Source: Hypanus sabinus (lineage: Eukaryota). Taken from it: DNA of 64,000 nt. A model generated the notes under the pieces. That model did not search any database. It was not told the origin of the DNA and was given only the letters and a program-made list of their open reading frames with translations. The stretch covers positions 59,024,001 through 59,088,000 of the forward strand of contig NC_082717.1 in assembly GCF_030144855.1 (NCBI RefSeq), given 5' to 3'. The position numbers and the translations under genes were made by a program. Positions 23,368-37,122 of the stretch are shown in pieces. Position 1 is the first letter of the stretch, and the number at the start of each line of letters is the position of its first letter.

Positions 23368-25120
23368 GTAAGTGCGCTTCGCTGCGTGACTGGGTTAGTC
23401 GTGCTTGGCATCGGTGCTTGGTGCAGTCGCAGGCTCCATGTTGGTAGGCAAAAACTTACTGATACCACACGCTTAAATGTACTACACAATTCCAAAGGCT
23501 CCACATGCGTCAAAAAATAAACTAGACGAACTCAGCGGGCCGGGTAACATCCCGCTGTGGAGGGAAGTGGACTGACGACCTTCACCCACACAGATATGAG
23601 ACCAGGAGTCCAAAATCTTTGTCAGCGGGGTAAATATTACGGGATGCTTTGAAAAGGCAAAACAGGCCATGTAGATCTGTTAAAATAATTCAAAAGGTCA
23701 GGGCCATGTATTTGGAAGCGTAACAGCCCGCGGAAGAACTGTTAAAATTACGGATAATCGAACGGCCTAACTCCTATTTGGACGGGCTGGGCAATAGGAA
23801 AGATTTTAAAGCGGAAACAATTTTAAAATCAATCTACCGGCGAATCAGGCAGATACGTGAATAAGACGTTTCAGATTAGGACACAGTTGAGCATTAAATA
23901 CCTTTCAGTTACTCGGATGGAATTGGAAGTTTGGCCAATATATTTGAACAAGCAAGTTGCGAGGTTCTGTGCCTTCCGTGGCTTTCTGCTATAAATGAGA
24001 GAACTGGATATTTGTGGGAAAGCACTATACTATCATTTTGAAAATCAAAACAACCCTTCAAAATTGTATAATGGCCTTTTCCAACTTTCAGTGAGCTATT
24101 GATCAATAGCTGGTAACAGTTGCTCGTGATACAGTATTTTCAGAATTATTCAAAATACTGATGTTACACTACTGTTCTGTGTAAAACCAGTTTTGTTTTG
24201 CTTGTAATGGCATGTACAGTGGGATCCTCTGAATGAAAGTGCATTCTCTGAATGGAAAAACAGCTAACAGCCTGAAGCAAAATGCAATCTTTGCCATATG
24301 TGCTTTTCCAGTAGGAAGCTCAGTAACTAGTTCTAGGGACTGTCTCTTTGCTTTGTGGAGATCCTCAACAAATGATAATCATGACGGAGCTTGCTCATCC
24401 TTTTTATAGGAGTGTCATTTTTGACCTGCAGAAGATTCTGTTGAACTACAGAACTGTTGAACTAATTAAATATTGATGGCAATCATTTGCATCTTGAATT
24501 GATTTTTATTTAAGAAATGCACTGAATTGTGTAATATATTTTTGAAAACTGCATAAGGGAGAATAAATGCTGTAAAATTATTATGTTATTTAAACATGCA
24601 TATATATTTGGCATCGGAAAGCTATGCAACACTGATTTAGATTTTTTTAAATAACAAAGATTGTAAGAATGAGGAGTTTATTGAATTTTGGAGAGTGGCT
24701 ACAATATTTTAGATTGCAACTGTGGTCACATTTGTATAATATGCCAATGATGGAGGAGTAAGAGTCCAGTGAGAACAGATTATTATGAATGATCATGATT
24801 AACTGGAGCATTGTTGTGCATTCACTCATCCAGGTATGGTATGGGATTTGCAAAATCTTTTGACGAGTTTTGTAGATGCTGGAGGAGATGAGAAAGACAC
24901 ACTAGTTTAGTTATTATCTTAAAATACAATATTGATATGGCTGGTCCACTTCAGACTTTGGGTAAATATGACTGCCCACTTTCACACATTTTTAAAAAAT
25001 CAACAAGCATCTTTGTGTTTATCTCTTTGATACTTCAGCCTCTGGAGTATCATTTACTTCATCTTTATACTCAATGGCATCTTGCTCAGATTCTTTATTG
25101 TGCCAAGGCAAGACTCTCCG

Positions 25121-27315
25121 AACATAGAAAACCTACAGCACAATACAGGTCCTTCAGCCCACAATGCTATGCTGAACATATACCTATTTTAGAAATTACC
25201 TAGGGTTACCCATAGCCCTCTATTTTTGTAAACTCCATGTACCAGTCCAGGAGTCTCTTAAAAGACCCTATTGTATCCACCTCCACCATCGTCGCCGGCA
25301 GCCCATTCCACGCACTCACCACTCTCTGCATAAAAAGACTTATCCCTGATATCTCCTCTGTACCTACTTCCAAGCACCTTAAAACTATTCTTTCTCATGC
25401 TAGCCATTTCAGCCCTGGGAAAAAGCCTCTGACTATCCACATGATCAATGCCTCACGTTGGTGTGTGGCCTGGTGGATAAGGCATCAGTCTAGTGATCTG
25501 AAGGTTACTGGTTCGAGCCCCAGCTGAGGCAGCGTGTTGTGTCCTTGAGCACATTGAACACTTAACAACACATTGCTCTGCGACGACACCGGTGCCAAGT
25601 TGCTTGGGTCCCAGTGCCCTTCCCTTGGACAATATCGGTGGCGTGGAGAGGGGAGACTTGCAGCTTGGGCAACTGCCAGTCTCCCATACAACCCTGCCCA
25701 GGCCTGCGCCCTTGAAACCTTCCAAGGCACAAATCCATGGTCTCACAAGACTAACGGATGCCTATTTAATACCTCTCATCATCTTGTACACTTTTATCAG
25801 GTTGTCTCTCATCCTCCATCACTCCAACAAGAAAAGGCCAAGTTCATTCAACCTGTTCTCATAAGGAATGCTCCCCAATCCAGGCAGCATCCTTGTAAAT
25901 CTCCTTTGTACCCTTTCCATGTCCTTCCTGACAGTACTCCAAGTGGGTTCTGACCAGGGTTCTATATAGGTGTAATGTTACCTCTCAGCTGTTGAACTCC
26001 CATGATTGATGAAGGCCAATGCACTGTATGCCTTCTCAACCACAGAGTCGACCTGTGCAGCAGCTTTGAGTGTCCTATGGATTCAGGCCCCAAGATCCCT
26101 CTGGTCCTCTATATTGCCAAGAGTCTTACCATTAATACTATATTCTGCCATCATATTTGACCTACCATAATGAACCACCTCACACTTACCAGGGTTAAAC
26201 TCCATCTGCCACTTGTCAGCCCAGTTTTGCATCCTATCAATGTCCCGCTGTAACCTCTGACAGCCCTCCACACTATCCACAACACCTCCAACTTTTGTGT
26301 CATCAGTAAACTTATTTACTCATCCCTCCACTTCCTCATCCAGGTCATTTATAAAAATCATGAAGGCACACCACTGGTCACCAACCCCCATGCAGAATAT
26401 AACCCGTCTACAGCCATTCTTTGCCTTCTGTTGGCAAGCCAATTCTGGATCCACAAAGCAATGTCCCCTTGGATCTCATGCCTCATTATTTTCTCAATAA
26501 GCCTTGCATGGGGTACCTTATCAAATGCCTCGCTGAAATCCATATACACTACATCTACTGCTCTTCTTTCATCAATGTATTTAGTCACATCCTCAAAAAA
26601 TTCAATCAGGCTCATAAGGTACGACCTGACTTTGACAAAGCCATGCTGACTATTCCTAATCATATAATGTTTCTCCAAATGTTCATAAATCCTGCCTGTC
26701 AGGATCTTCTCCATTAACTTACCAACCACTGAAGTTAGACACACTGGTCTATAATTTCCTGGGCTATCTCTACTCCCTTTCTTGAATAAGGGAACAACAT
26801 CTGCAACCCTCTAATCCTCCGGAACCTCTCCCGTCCCCACTGATGATGCAAAGATCATCACCAAAGGCTCAGCAATCTCCTCTCTTGCCTTCCACAGTAG
26901 CCTGGGGGTACATCTTGTCTGGTCCTGGTGACTTACCCAACTTGATGCTTTTCAAAAGCTCCAGCACATCCTCTTTCTTAACGTCTATATGCTCAAGCTT
27001 TTCAGTCTGCTGAAAGTCAGCCCTACAATCGCCAAGATCCTTTTCTGTAGTGAGTACTAAAGCAAAGTATTCATTAATTATCTCTGCTATCTCCTCCGGT
27101 TCCATACACACTTTTCCACTGTCACACTTGATCAGTCCTATTCTCTCACATCTTCTCATACTTGTAGATTGCTTTGGGGTTTTCCTTGCTCTTGCTTGCC
27201 AAAGCCTTCTCATGGCCCCCTCCTAATTTCATTCTGAAGCTCCTTCCTGCTAGCCTTATAATTTTCTAGATTTCTATCATTACCTAGTTTATTTTTTGAA
27301 CCTTTTGTAACTCAT
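25121..27315 (-). mobile_element. 5'-truncated CR1 LINE in PEX13 intron 1, interrupted by a SINE
   Basis: SQHGFVK, DVVYMDFSEAFDKVPH, WQMEFNPGKCEV; 3' tail at 25121. Confidence 0.9.
25455..25767 (+). mobile_element. tRNA-derived SINE inserted in CR1
   Basis: A box TGGCCTGGTGG, B box GGTTCGAGCCC; flanked by AATGCCTC / AATACCTC TSD-like repeats. Confidence 0.85.
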
Positions 27316-28706
27316 CTCTAACTCAGCACTTGCTTAGACAAAGGTTGCTATCACGTAAAGAGCAGAACCCAAAATGTGTTGAAACTTCAGTATTACTAAT
27401 TCTACCTTTAATTTTAATTATCCTGTCATCAGATATGTAAGTTGTTGCATTAACTGGCTCAATAATATTTAATAAAAAACTAGCAGTCCAATCTAAGTTT
27501 CTTGTAATCCTTTCCTTCAGACTATAAATCCATCTACCCTTTTGGGAAGTAACTCATGAATAAATAAAACTCATGTTTTATTTGTAATGACATATTCTTA
27601 GTGGGTGTTATTCTATCATATTCAATTCCTAAGCACAAAGTTAATTTTAGTGTTTATAGTTACTAACCAACCAAGTGCTTAAAACAAAATACAGAAGACA
27701 GTCATTAGGATGGTCAACTTCTTGGAGAATGCAGCATGAGAAAAGGCCCTTCAGTCCAACTTTTCTATGCTGATGCATAATGCTCTCCAAACTAGTCCAT
27801 TAGGCCATATCTCTCTAAACCCCCCCCCCCCACCCCCATTGAAATACTTATCCAAATATCCTGTGAATGCTGTTGTTATATCTATCTTGACTACTTTCTC
27901 TGGCAGCTCATTGTATATACAGACAGCACCCTCTGCATGAAGAAATTGCCCCTCAGGTCCCCTTTAAGTCTTAGCCTATCAACTTAACCCTACACACTTT
28001 GGTATTTAATTTCCCTAACTGGGGGAAAAAGAACAACAAAGGTCCCAGAGTAATTAAGCATTTTTGTTTTTGGCCACGTTTGTGCATCCTTTGCTGCATC
28101 AATTCTTACTTCGGTATCAGGAAGCAAATAAGATTTCCCCATCACAAAATATTAATAACTATTAGTATATTACAGTTCATAATAAATATTATACACTCAA
28201 GCAACATTAGGTCTGATCCAATCTATATCATCATTGATAATACTGGATTTGAATAGGTTCAAAGGTATTATCAAAATATTTCTTCTCCAGATGTTCAGTT
28301 TAAATTTAGCCAGTATGAAATATCCTGTAGTCTACTTAATGAAGGTTATTAAATCCAATCTGTTTATAGCAGACAATGTGAAAAGGTGATCTTCCCTGCT
28401 CTCTAAATGTGCTGTCTCCAGATTCTCCTGTTGCCTGTAAATGCTGTCTCTACAAAGGACAAATCATCGTATCCTTGTAATGTTTCTCATTCAGATTTAT
28501 TCCTAAAGACAATGTCATTTTGTAAATTGAGGTGATTGATATTAATTAATCTTATTTGTAAACAAAAGGTGATTAGATTTTTAAATGAATCATGGCTCTC
28601 TTTAAGCAAACTTTTGACGAGCACTATTTGCCTGAATGCAGTTATTTTCTGATTCTTTGTTTTCTTTTGTTGAAACTGTTGAAACTTTGTATTTCCTGAA
28701 TTTCAG

Positions 28707-29398
28707 ATCTGCTGATTTGGTATCTGGCTTGCCGGCGAGACAAAGACAGCCTGTCGTTACACGAATTCCACCTCCTGTTCCTCCAAGAGTATCACAACAG
28801 ACTGGAATTGGCAATCTCAGCACTTATAGATCTGCCTATAACACCTTCTCTCCAGCATACACACCATACGGAAGCTCTTTATATGGAGGCTATACCCCTT
28901 ATAATTATGGATATGGAGGACTTGGCTATAACAGGTTTCGAACAGATGATATACCTCCCAGTAGATTTGTACGCCAGGCAGAAGAAAGCAGCAGAGGAGC
29001 ATTTCAGTCTATTGAAAGTATTGTCCATGCATTTGCTTCTGTTAGTATGATGCTTGATGCTACTTTTTCAGCAGTTTACAACAGTTTCAGAGCAGTCTTG
29101 GATGTTGCTAATCACTTTTCCAGACTCCGGGTGCACTTTACTAAAGTTCTGTCAGCATTTGCATTGATCCGAACTTTGAAGTATTTGTACAGGAAGCTAC
29201 AAAGATTACTTGGCCTACGGAACAACTCCGAGGTTGAGGAATTGTGGGCAGAGAGTGCTGGCTCTGTGCTTCCAGCTGGAGCTGAAGACAAGTTACCTGG
29301 GTCAGGCAAATCTTGGCCCATTTTTATGTTTTTTGCAGTTGTTCTCGGAGGTCCTTATCTCATATGGAAATTATTAAGCTCTGCTACTTTTGAACCAG
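28707..29398 (+). CDS. PEX13: PEX13 exon 2 (Pro-rich, YG-rich and membrane regions)
   Basis: tttcAG|A TCT GCT GAT; PPPVPPR, YG-rich stretch, PSRFVRQAEESSRGAFQSIES, KSWPIFMFFAVVLGGPYLIWKLL; G|GTGAGA; 692 bp, phase 2/1. Confidence 0.97.
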
Positions 29399-32097
29399 GT
29401 GAGAACGTCTCCAACAAATAAGTATGTTGTAATTATTTTATTTATTATAGGTACAAGGCCTAAATTGAAAGGCTTACATGTAAAGGTAATTCATTGGTAA
29501 GGTCTTTGAGAATGATGTGCAGCAATAGTTATTTTATACATGGAGCAACAGCCAGATACTGGGATCCTCAGCAGGTCAAGCAGCATTAGTATGAGTGAAA
29601 CAGTTGACCTTTTGAGTCAACAACCAATTGACAGAACAACCAAAAGTTAAAGAAAACGAGGATGGTGAGGTGCAGAGAACAGAGGGTCTGTTAGGCTCAG
29701 ACCTCCAACTTCATTTATGAGCATATCACAGATATTCTGTTGTCTGTACCTGTACTCCTCTTGGCAATGTAACCTGTTTGTCTTCTCACTCTTAATGTTG
29801 TGAGGAAGTATGTTGTGGGCCTGAAATGTTGATGGGCTTCATAAAGATCGGTCGAAGAATCAAAGGCTGAGGGAAGATCTCATGGAGGTTTTAAACTTCA
29901 AAGTAATTGTATTTACGCAAGTTATTTGTACGGAGTTGGTAATAATGCCTAAAATTTAAGTCTGCTGACTCTGCTTCTCTTCCCGTAGATAATGCTTCAC
30001 CTGCTGAGCACTTCCAACATTCGTTTATGAGATGGCCATTTCAGGCTTTTTGAGATGATCAACATTTTCTGCATAACTAAACTATAGTATACTGTTTGGA
30101 AACTAATGAATTTCAATCAACAGAAATTTGTCATGTGCAGTAAAATTCCACTAATCCAACACCCCTGCGACTTTTAGTGCTGGACTAACAGATTTTCCGG
30201 GCTATTGGATGTTATGCCTCCCCAAACATGTTATTTCTCAGCTTTCTCTAGTGAATGCAGTGAGTGAGTGGTTGAAAACTGACCGCTCAGGACCTCATCC
30301 CTGGCTGTGTCCACACTTTCAACACTGATCCCAAACCAGTCTCCACCCCTGTCCTGGCCATATGAACCACTTGCACTCTAGCTCCACCATTTTCATTCCG
30401 GACATGAGCAGAATCCAAATTTATAGGTTTTCCAACTGTCAGATGCTGTATTATTGGAGTTTCATTTTGGCTGTAAGTTCCATGCATTTCAATTTGCTGT
30501 CTTCCAGAGGGTCCCTTGGTGATTTAGCTGTAAATTCGATTGGGGAAGTTTGAATACAGATTCTGCTTGCAGGGAGCCAGTTTAGTCCCATTGAGTTTGC
30601 TATTTTCTGGATAGGAGGCGGAGGTGAATTCAAAGTACACAAGATGGAGACTGTACATTAAAGCAAAATGATAATTGTGTAATCTCAAATATTTCAATCA
30701 AATACAGTAACTTTTAAATTAGTAACTGCATTTTCCTATTTTTCTGTCTGCTTTGATGATGGAGTTTGATTCTTTCGTTAGAAGGGAAACATTAATATTA
30801 CCTAAAATTTAGGTCTATTGATTCAGTGGTGGACATCATAAAGATCAGTAGGATCAAAGGCTGAGGGAGGTTCTTAAAACTATGAAGGAATTGTATTTAC
30901 CCAATATATTTGAAGTGTGTAGTAATAATATAAGCAAAAAGTATGCCTCTAAGTGTCAGAAAAGATCGCAGAAAGTATTTTTCCTCTGTTACATTGTCAA
31001 AACACATCATTTGTAAATTTGGTCAGAATAATTAAGCTGTAACAGGTGAAATGAGGTGGCAGCTAGTTAAATAGGCCAGGGCCCTATTCAGTGTTAATAA
31101 TAAAATGCAACATTTTAAAAGTTAAATAACTACATAGAAGTTTTTGTGAAATAAACTGTACTTTTTTTTCCCATCCTTTGAAACTGCTTTATGGATTTGG
31201 TATTGTGAGAGTTTCAAAAACTGGAACATAATATTAGGTATGGAACAAATGCTAATTAGAGTAATAGCCTTTGACAATCTCATTTTTGTAGGCAACAGCA
31301 CAAAAGCTGTTTCTTTTAAAGCCTTTTTTTAAGCTAAATATGTAGCTATTGTTTAAATGTGTCACAACCTTAAAACTAAACCAGAGCCACATTAGTTTTA
31401 TTTTAAGTTGTGTTTGTTAGCAGGTCACGATTCCATCTTGTATCTTGGTCAGGAGTCTGAATCATGATCTGAGGCTAATCACGTAATACAGATTGCAATC
31501 CATTCACATCAAGCAGCTTCTCACTGTACGGAGGGGAGTCTATTCATTGCACAAACAAACTCTGTGCTCCAAATGACTGCATTGATCTATTTTGAAAAAA
31601 ATTAACAGGATACTGTCTTCGAGAGCTTTGCACTTAATTATGCTGTTTTCATATAGAGTTTTCTGATATGTTCTGTTATATTTTAACTACATCTAGAGTA
31701 GAGTATTTACTATGATTCCACATAGAAGTTGTGAATTGTTTCCAATCTTTCTCCCTTACAACTGGAGCTTTCTTAAAAACCTGCTATATCATTTGTTTCC
31801 AACTTTGTCTGTAGACCATTAAATGAGCTGAAATTATGATGGACAAAGATAATTGGTAGAACTTGATCATGTATCAAAAGTTTCATGAGAAATTCTGCTC
31901 TAAGCTATATGGGCAATTATCAGCTCCATCCTAACAATTTGTTTGGCACTCTGGATGCAATCCCAGAATGAGAACACCATTGGAATTGGTAATAATTGGT
32001 AATATTGCATTATCCGGTGAAGGATGCATTACTGACAGCTTGTCTCCATTGGGAATCTGGCAGGAACCCTAGCTGTTCCAGATCCTGTGCACAGCAC

Positions 32098-35000
32098 AAT
32101 CCATAGAACCACAGAACACTACAGCACAGTACAGGCCCTTCAGCCCTCCATGTTGTGCTGACCCATATAATCCATAAAAAAAGTACTAAACCCACACTAC
32201 CCCATAACCCTCCATTTTTCTTTCATCCATGTGCTTGTCCAAGCGGCTCTTAAATACCCCTAATGTTTTAGCCTCCACCACCATCCCTGGCAAATCATTC
32301 CAGGCACTCACAACCCTCTGTGTATATATATTAAAAAAAAACTTACCCCTAATGTCTCCCCTAAACTTCCCTCCCTTAATTTTGTACATATGCCCTCTGG
32401 TGTTCGCTATTGGTGCCCTGGGAAACAGGCACTGATTATCCACCCTATCTATGCCTCTCATAATCTTGGAGACCTCGATCAAGTCCCCTCTCATTTTTCT
32501 ACGCTTGAAAGAGAAAAGTCCCAGCTCTGCTAACCTTGCTTCATGTGACTTGTTCTCCAAACCAGGCAACATCCTGGTAAATCTCTGCACCCTCTCCATA
32601 GCTTCCACATCCTTCCTGTAATGAGGTGACCAGAATTGAACACAATACTCGATAAGTGCGGTCTCACCAGGGATTTGTAGAGTTACAACATGACCTCTCT
32701 ATTCTTGAACGCGATCCCCCTGTTAATGAAGCCTAGCATCCCATAGGTCTTCTTAACTACCCTATCAACCTGTGCAGCCACCTTGAGGGATGTATTGATT
32801 TGAACCCCAAGGTCCCTTTGTTCATCCACACTCTTAAGTAACTGACCATTAATCCTGTATTCAGTCTTCTGGTTTGTCCTTCCAAAATGCATCACCTCAC
32901 ACTTGTCTGGATTGAACTCCATCTGCCATTTTTCTGCCCAACTCTTCAGCCTGTCTGTATCCTCTTGTAACCTTTGACCACCTACAGCTCCATCCACAAC
33001 TCCTCCAATCTTTGTGTCATCCGCAAACTTACTCACCCATCCAGGTCATTTATAAAAATCACAAATAGCAGGGGTCCCAGGACAGATCCCTGCGGCACTC
33101 CACTAGTCACCGACCTCCAGGCAGAATACTTTCCTTCCACAGCTACCCTCTGCTTTCTTCCTTTAAGCCAATTTTTTATCCAAACAGCCAAGGTTCCACT
33201 TATCCCATGCCTCATGACTTTCTGGATGAGCCTCTCATGAGGGACCTTGTCAAATGTTTTGCTAAAGTCCACGTAGACCACATCCACTGCCCTACCCTCA
33301 ACAGTTTCTTTTGTTACCTTTTCAAAAAACTCTATCAGGCTCGTGAGGCATGATCTTCCCTTCACAAAGCCATGGTGACTATCCATGAGTAGACTGTACT
33401 TCTCCAAATGCTCATAGATCCTATCCTTAAGAATCCTTTCCAGTAGTTTGCAGATAACCGACGTAAGACTCACCGGTCAATAGTTCCCAGGTTTTTCCCT
33501 ATACCTTTTTTAAACAAGGGAACTTTGCCATTCTCCAGTCTTCCGGCAGTTCTGCTGCAGCCAAACAGGATTCAAAGATCATAGCTAATGCTCCTGTGAT
33601 CTCTTCTCTCAATTCTCACAACAACCTGGGGTGTATCATATCCGGCCCTGGGGATTTATCAATCTTAATGTTTTTAAGAAGATCCAGCACTACTACTTCC
33701 TTAATCTCCACATTGTCCAGCACACAGGCCTGCTCTACTTCGACCTCATCCTGATCGAGATCCTTTTCACTTGTGAATACTGAAGCAAAGTATTCATTTA
33801 GGACCTCCCCAACCTCCTCTGCCTCCAGGCACATGTTGCCCTCTTTATCCTTTAGCGGTCCCACCTTCGTTCTTATCATTCTCCTATTCTTCACATACGC
33901 ATAGAACGCCTTGGGGTTCTCCTTAATCCTACATGCCAAAGCCTTCTCATGCCCCCTTTGAGCTCTCCTAAGTCCTTTCTTTAGCTCCTTCCTGGCTACC
34001 CTATATTTCTCATAAGCCCATCCTACTTCCTGCTTCTTATGCTTCCTTTTTCCTCATGACAAATTGCCTGACATGTTTCATCAGCCACGTTTCCCTTTTC
34101 CTACCATTTTTTTCTTTGCCTCAGTGGGACAAACCTATCCTGAACTCAGCTCAAGTGGTCCCTAAACTTCTCCCACATTACTTCTGTGCTTTCCCTTTGA
34201 ACATCTGTTTCCAAATTAGTCTTGCTAGTTCCTGCCTCATCCCTTCAAAGTTAGCCCTTCCCCAGTTAAGCACTTTACCATTTTGTCTGATTTTATCCTT
34301 TCCATAGCTATGCTGAAGCTAAGGGAGTTGTGGTCACTCTCACCAAAATGCTGCCCCACCAAGAGGTCTGTCACCTGACCAGGCTCATTACCCAGAACTA
34401 GATCCAGTATGGCCTCTCCTCTCGTCGGCCGGTCCACATACTGTGTCAGGAATCTTTCTTGAACACACCTGAAAAATTCAGCCCCATCTATTCTCCTTGC
34501 ACTCAGGAGGTGCCAGTCAATATGAGGGAAGTTGAAATCACCCATAACTACTACCCTGTATTTCCTGCACCATTCTAAAATTTGCCTGCTTATCTGCTCC
34601 TCAGTGTCCCGAGGGCTATTTGGGGGCCTATAGACTACTCCCAGCAGAGTGATTGATCCCTTCCTATTTCTGACTTCCACTCAGAGTGACTCAGTGGACA
34701 CTCCTTCCGCAGCGTCCTCCCTTTCTATAGCTGTGATACTATCCCTGACCAGCAATGCCACTCCCCCCCCCCCCCCCCCCCTTTTCTACCTCCCATCCTA
34801 TTCCTTTTAAAACACCTGAACTCTGGGACCTGCATCATCCAATCCTGCCCTTCCTCCAGCCAAGTTTCAGTAACGGCCACAATATCATAGTTCCATGTAC
34901 TAATCCATGCTCTAAGTTCATCCTCCTTGTTCCTAATACATTTCAACCCCTTTAACTGGCTACAATTATGTTTCCTCCCCTGCCTGTCCTTCCTCATCAA

Positions 35001-35870
35001 CTCAGAACTCTTAGCATCATGCCCTTGTCCTTCTACCTTAATCCCTGCACTCACATTCTGATTCCCATTCCCCCCCCCCCCCCCCGCCAAACAAGTTTAA
35101 ACCCTTCCCAACAGCTCCATCAAACCTGCCCACCAGGATATTGGTCCCCTTGGGATTCAAGTGCAACCCGTGCTTTTTGTACAGGTCACACCCGCCCCAA
35201 TGATCCAGAAATCTGAATCCCTGCTCCCTGCTCCAATCCCTCAGCCACGCATTTATCCTCCACCTCATTCTATTCCTATTCTCACTGTTGTGTGGCACAG
35301 ACAGTAATCCTGAGATTACTACCTTTGAGGTCCTGCTTTTCAACTTCCTTCCTAACTCCCTGTAGGCTTCTTTCAGGACTTCTTCCCTTTTCCTACCTAT
35401 GTCATTGGTACCAATATGTACCATGACCTCTGCCTGTTCTCCCTCCCACTGCAGGATATCTGGATGTGATCAGAAGCATCCTGGACCCTGGCACCTGGGA
35501 GGCAAACTACCATCCGAGTTTCTTTCCTGCATCCACAGAATCACCTGTCTGAACCCAACTATAGAGTCCCCTATCACTACTGCCCTCCTCTTCCTTTCCC
35601 TATCCTTCAGAGGCACGCCACTGTCACTTCCCCAGGTGGGCTGCCCCCCCCCCCCAACAGCACTCAAACAGGAGTACCTATTGTCAAGGGGTACAGGCAC
35701 AGGGGTACTCTCTAGTACCTGACTCTTTCCCTTTCTTCTCCTGACTGTGACCCATTTCTCTGTCCCCCGTGGCCCCAGAGTGACCACCTGTCTGTAACTT
35801 CTCTCTATCACCACCTCACTCTCCCTGACCAGACAAAAGTCATCGAGCTGTAGCTCCAGTTCACTAACAC
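32098..35870 (-). mobile_element. Near full-length CR1 LINE (ORF1 SGNH esterase plus ORF2 APE-RT, frameshifted) in PEX13 intron 2
   Basis: VVIGDSIV and VHIGTNDIG (esterase), VTETWL and GDFNFP (APE), [11 protein letters not shown] and KFADD (RT). Confidence 0.93.
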
Positions 35871-36172
35871 TGTGTGTGTGTGTGGTGGGGGGGGGGGGGG
35901 GGGGTGGGAGCTTGGATTTCCAGCATCTACAGATTTTCTCTTGTTTGATATCTGAACTTTTAGGGGATTTTAAGTGGATTCACTAATCCAAATAAACTCT
36001 CTGGAAGATACAGTATTCTTAAAAACAGATTGCTGTATTTGTGACAGTGCAGTTACTAGTTGGTGACATGAACTTCATGATAGTGCACACGTGAATTTTT
36101 GTCTTTAAATTGGTAACATATGGTGATTACCACAATCTGGATATGAATAACCTTTTTATATTTTCAATAAAG

Positions 36173-36298
36173 AATCAACAAGTTGGGCAAATGGAGATGA
36201 TGATCATATTGTTGCAAGAGCAGAGTATGATTTCACTGCTGGGACAGAAGAAGAGCTCTCATTTCATTCAGGTGATCTACTCAACCTTGCACCTAAAG
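36173..36298 (+). CDS. PEX13: PEX13 exon 3 (start of SH3 domain)
   Basis: 126 bp, phase 1/1: STSWANGDDDHIVARAEYDFTAGTEEELSFHSGDLLNLAPK; aAG...GTGAGT. Confidence 0.97.
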
Positions 36299-36826
36299 GT
36301 GAGTTATTTAACCATTTAACCAAAGTTTCATAACAAAGTAAAATGTATAATTTTTGGTATATTAAAATTTGATGTTACCTATTAAAATTTATAAACTGAA
36401 CCTGAAAAATAAAAGTTGCCATAATATAAAGTTTCAAAGTACTTGAAGAATCCTAATCCTAAATTCCTAATTTATTTCCTAAGAAGTAAAATGCTGTTTA
36501 GTAGTTTAATGTTTTCAATTTCTTCATCTCTTTATAAAACTGAGGAAGAAAGCTAAATTTAAAAGTTTGAAGACTAATTACAGACTAATTTTAAAATTGT
36601 TTTCTTCCTTCCCAAAAACCAACCATTCACTTTGGGTGGGGAGCTGGATATTCATACAGTACTTTAGAGCTGTCAAAATGCTGAGAGTGCTGAAAGTTAT
36701 TTTCTATTTGACATTTGAAGAACACATCCATCAAGTTCTTTGTTACTGTATGACCCAATCTAAGTTGTTGTTTTACCTGAATTTGATACCGAGCCAAACA
36801 TAATTCTTCTGCTTTTTTCTTTTCAG

Positions 36827-37122
36827 AACAACAGCCAAAAGTGCGTGGGTGGTTGCTGGCCTGTTTGGATGGCCAAACAACTGGGTTAGTGCCAGCTAAT
36901 TATGTCAGAATTTTAGGTAAAAGGCGGGGCAGAAAGCAAGTGGAACAGGAAAGCATTGCAAAGCAGGAACCACAGAGACATGGTGATTCAGCAGCTGCAG
37001 GAACCTCATTTGAGGAACAGCAGGCAGTCTTTGAATCTGCTTTTTCTGAAACATCAAAACAAAATATGGATTCTAGCACTATAGAATCTATAAATACTGG
37101 GAAAGATATAATGAATGCTTGA
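36827..37122 (+). CDS. PEX13: PEX13 exon 4 (end of SH3, stop TGA)
   Basis: ttttcAG|AA CAA CAG CCA; QQPKVRGWLLACLDGQTTGLVPANYVRILGKRRG; total CDS 71+692+126+296=1185 nt (394 aa). Confidence 0.97.

Noticed and set aside
25459-25530. tRNA-like A and B boxes
   Set aside because: This is a SINE head continuing into a repeat body with a TSD, not a tRNA gene
29399-29421. PEX13 exon 2 read-through (GENVSNK*) giving an SH3-less isoform
   Set aside because: Ordinary run-on into the intron after a good donor; no evidence of use
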